From Candidatus Zixiibacteriota bacterium (GTDB taxonomy: Bacteria > Zixibacteria > MSB-5A5 > UBA10806 > 4484-95), in NCBI GenBank assembly GCA_029932605.1, contig JAOZPT010000051.1, positions 1 through 17,432 on the forward strand: a stretch of 17,432 nucleotides of DNA, given 5' to 3'. Of this stretch, positions 16,267 to 17,432 are shown in pieces. Position 1 is the stretch's first letter; each line of letters opens with the position of its first letter. The translations under genes were made by a program, and so were the position numbers. The notes beneath the pieces are model-generated. The model saw only the letters and a program-made list of their open reading frames with translations. It was not told where the DNA came from and searched no databases.

Positions 16267-16665
16267 ATGTACGCTGTATTGATAGTAATTCATGTCATTA
16301 TCTGCATTGGGCTTATGATGGTAATTCTTATGCAATCGGCCAAGGGTGAAGGGTTGGCCGGTGCGTTTGGTGGAACAAGTCTTTCCGGTGCCGTCTTTGG
16401 TGGGCGAGGAGCAGCCACATTTTTATCGAAAACTACCACAACCCTGGCTATTGCTTTCTTTTTATCATGTTTAGGATTAAGTTTTATTTCTCCCTCAAGA
16501 CATGCAGCCCGGCAGGAATCAGCGGTTAAGAAACAATTGCAGACCACACCGGGCTTACCGGCAGGCCAGCAATCAACCCTTCCCGGTGAGGAGGCAACCG
16601 ACGAGATAGAGCTTCCACCAGCTCCCGAACAGGAGCAACAACCGGGAACACAAGGTGGAAATTAA
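16267..16665 (+). CDS. secG: Preprotein translocase subunit SecG with Pro/Gln-rich C-terminal tail
   Basis: TM1-ILMQSAKGEGLAGAFGG..S..VFGGRGA.TFL.K.T-TM2. TAAGGAG RBS. Conserved tpiA-secG-tRNA-Leu order. Confidence 0.95.
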   Translation: MYAVLIVIHVIICIGLMMVILMQSAKGEGLAGAFGGTSLSGAVFGGRGAATFLSKTTTTLAIAFFLSCLGLSFISPSRHAARQESAVKKQLQTTPGLPAGQQSTLPGEEATDEIELPPAPEQEQQPGTQGGN

Positions 16666-16731
16666 CCACATTTTAAATTGACCGGGCTAGCTGTTCTCAG
16701 GATTTTAATAGCAGTTCTTTTATTTTTTTAT

Positions 16732-16813
16732 GCGGAAGTGGTGGAACAGGTAGACACACCATCTTGAGGGGGTGGCGCCGTAAGGTATGGGGGTTCAAAT
16801 CCCCCCTTCCGCA
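16732..16813 (+). tRNA. tRNA-Leu(GAG), CCA not encoded
   Basis: Acceptor GCGGAAG/CTTCCGC plus discriminator A. D-loop contains GGTAGAC. Anticodon arm CCATC-TTGAGGG-GGTGG. Long variable arm GCC-GTAA-GGT. T-arm GGGGG-TTCAAAT-CCCCC. Same position as the secG-leuU(GAG) arrangement in E. coli. Confidence 0.96.
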
Positions 16814-16860
16814 GGGTTTCTTTATATAAACTGATTTGTAATAAAAATAAGTTGTTTGAG

Positions 16861-17163
16861 ATGAAAGAAATCGACGTAATCTATGATTATAAGGGTAATC
16901 CAATTTTAGGGATTCTTGACAACGGGCGAATTATAGATTTTGAAGGAAAAAGCAAAGGATAGCCACAGGATAATAATATTTACGATTATGAAGGTAACAA
17001 CCGAGGTTTTTATAAAGAAGGTTTAACAAGATCACATGAGGGTACTTTAGTCGGATTTTGTGAAAAACCTTCTGGATCACATCCTCTTTTACCTCTTAAA
17101 CAATTGAAACCAATTCCAAGAATTCCAGATACTGAACCTAAAATAAAATCCTTGATTGATTAA
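16861..17163 (+). pseudogene. Beta-hairpin-repeat (beta-flower-like) small protein gene interrupted by an in-frame TAG
   Basis: ATG 16861 to TAA 17161-17163, 100 codons in one frame, with a single TAG at 16960-16962: MKEIDVIYDYKGNPILGILDNGRIIDFEGKSKG*PQDNNIYDYEGNNRGFYKEGLTRSHEGTLVGFCEKPSGSHPLLPLKQLKPIPRIPDTEPKIKSLID. The repeat pattern continues across the stop. Confidence 0.7.
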
Positions 17164-17270
17164 GGGAAAAAGAAAAATTGGATTTACAATAGAAGAATGA
17201 TTTAGATATTATAAATAATTAATTGATAAAAGGTTTATCAAAAATGTGGTACGAGAATTACATTTAAAGT

Positions 17271-17306
17271 TCAGCCAAGTCGTATGTGTAACCATAACCT
17301 GGCTGA
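17271..17306. other. Stem-loop downstream of the minus-strand tRNA
   Basis: TCAGCCA...TGGCTGA outer stem with an inner TATG/CATA stem. A second hairpin, TTGATAAA-AGG-TTTATCAA, lies at 17223-17241. Confidence 0.35.
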
Positions 17307-17378
17307 TAATATAACGCCAGTTCACACCATTCATCTACGAATTGTCGGAATTTTTATTGATTTTTAAAAGCAGCTGTC

Positions 17379-17432
17379 TGCCGGAGGGGGGATTCGAACC
17401 CCCACACCCATAAGAGCACTGCGCCCTGAACA
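17379..17432 (-). tRNA. tRNA-Leu(CAG), 3' part only (5' end beyond window), CCA not encoded
   Basis: Reverse complement TG-TTCAGGG-CGCAG-TGCTCTTATGGGTGT-GGGGG-TTCGAAT-CCCCC-CTCCGGC-A shows a CAG anticodon loop, long variable arm, T-arm and discriminator A. Confidence 0.88.

Noticed and set aside
16500..16665. Pro/Gln/Glu-rich SecG tail as a novel domain
   Set aside because: Low-complexity C-terminal tails are common in SecG of diderm bacteria.
16811..16816. Missing CCA on both tRNAs as a sign of pseudogenes
   Set aside because: Many bacteria add CCA post-transcriptionally, and the visible stems are intact.
16697..16903. 68-aa minus-strand ORF
   Set aside because: It is the antisense reading of tRNA-Leu(GAG); GRGDLNP is the typical reverse T-arm translation.
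16960..16962. Genome-wide amber recoding or pyrrolysine as the explanation for the in-frame TAG
   Set aside because: TAG terminates pfkA, tpiA and the 10958 gene at expected lengths, and the site fits a Trp TGG to TAG point mutation.

Overview
Low-GC bacterial chromosomal window, mostly core metabolism. The dockerin-like C-terminus at the left edge and the NYPNPFN/T9SS-type C-terminal domain suggest an FCB-group organism such as Zixibacteria (inference). From left to right: the end of a dockerin-type protein; an M3B oligoendopeptidase F (-); a pfkA(ATP)-pfp(PPi)-gap operon (-); a divergently transcribed 1234-aa gingipain-like C25 protein whose catalytic His is replaced by Tyr; a strongly diverged HI0933/BaiN/YhiN flavoprotein; an unknown polytopic membrane protein, an EamA/DMT transporter and a stand-alone citryl-CoA lyase-like gene (all -); pgk-tpiA-secG-tRNA-Leu(GAG) (+); an unannotated beta-hairpin-repeat gene broken by one in-frame TAG; and a convergent, window-truncated tRNA-Leu(CAG). 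No CRISPR array, transposase or integrase was seen. The most interesting points are the tandem ATP/PPi phosphofructokinase pair, the C25 protein with an altered catalytic dyad, the motif-less YhiN/BaiN homologue, the orphan Ccl, and the hidden interrupted gene between two facing Leu tRNAs.
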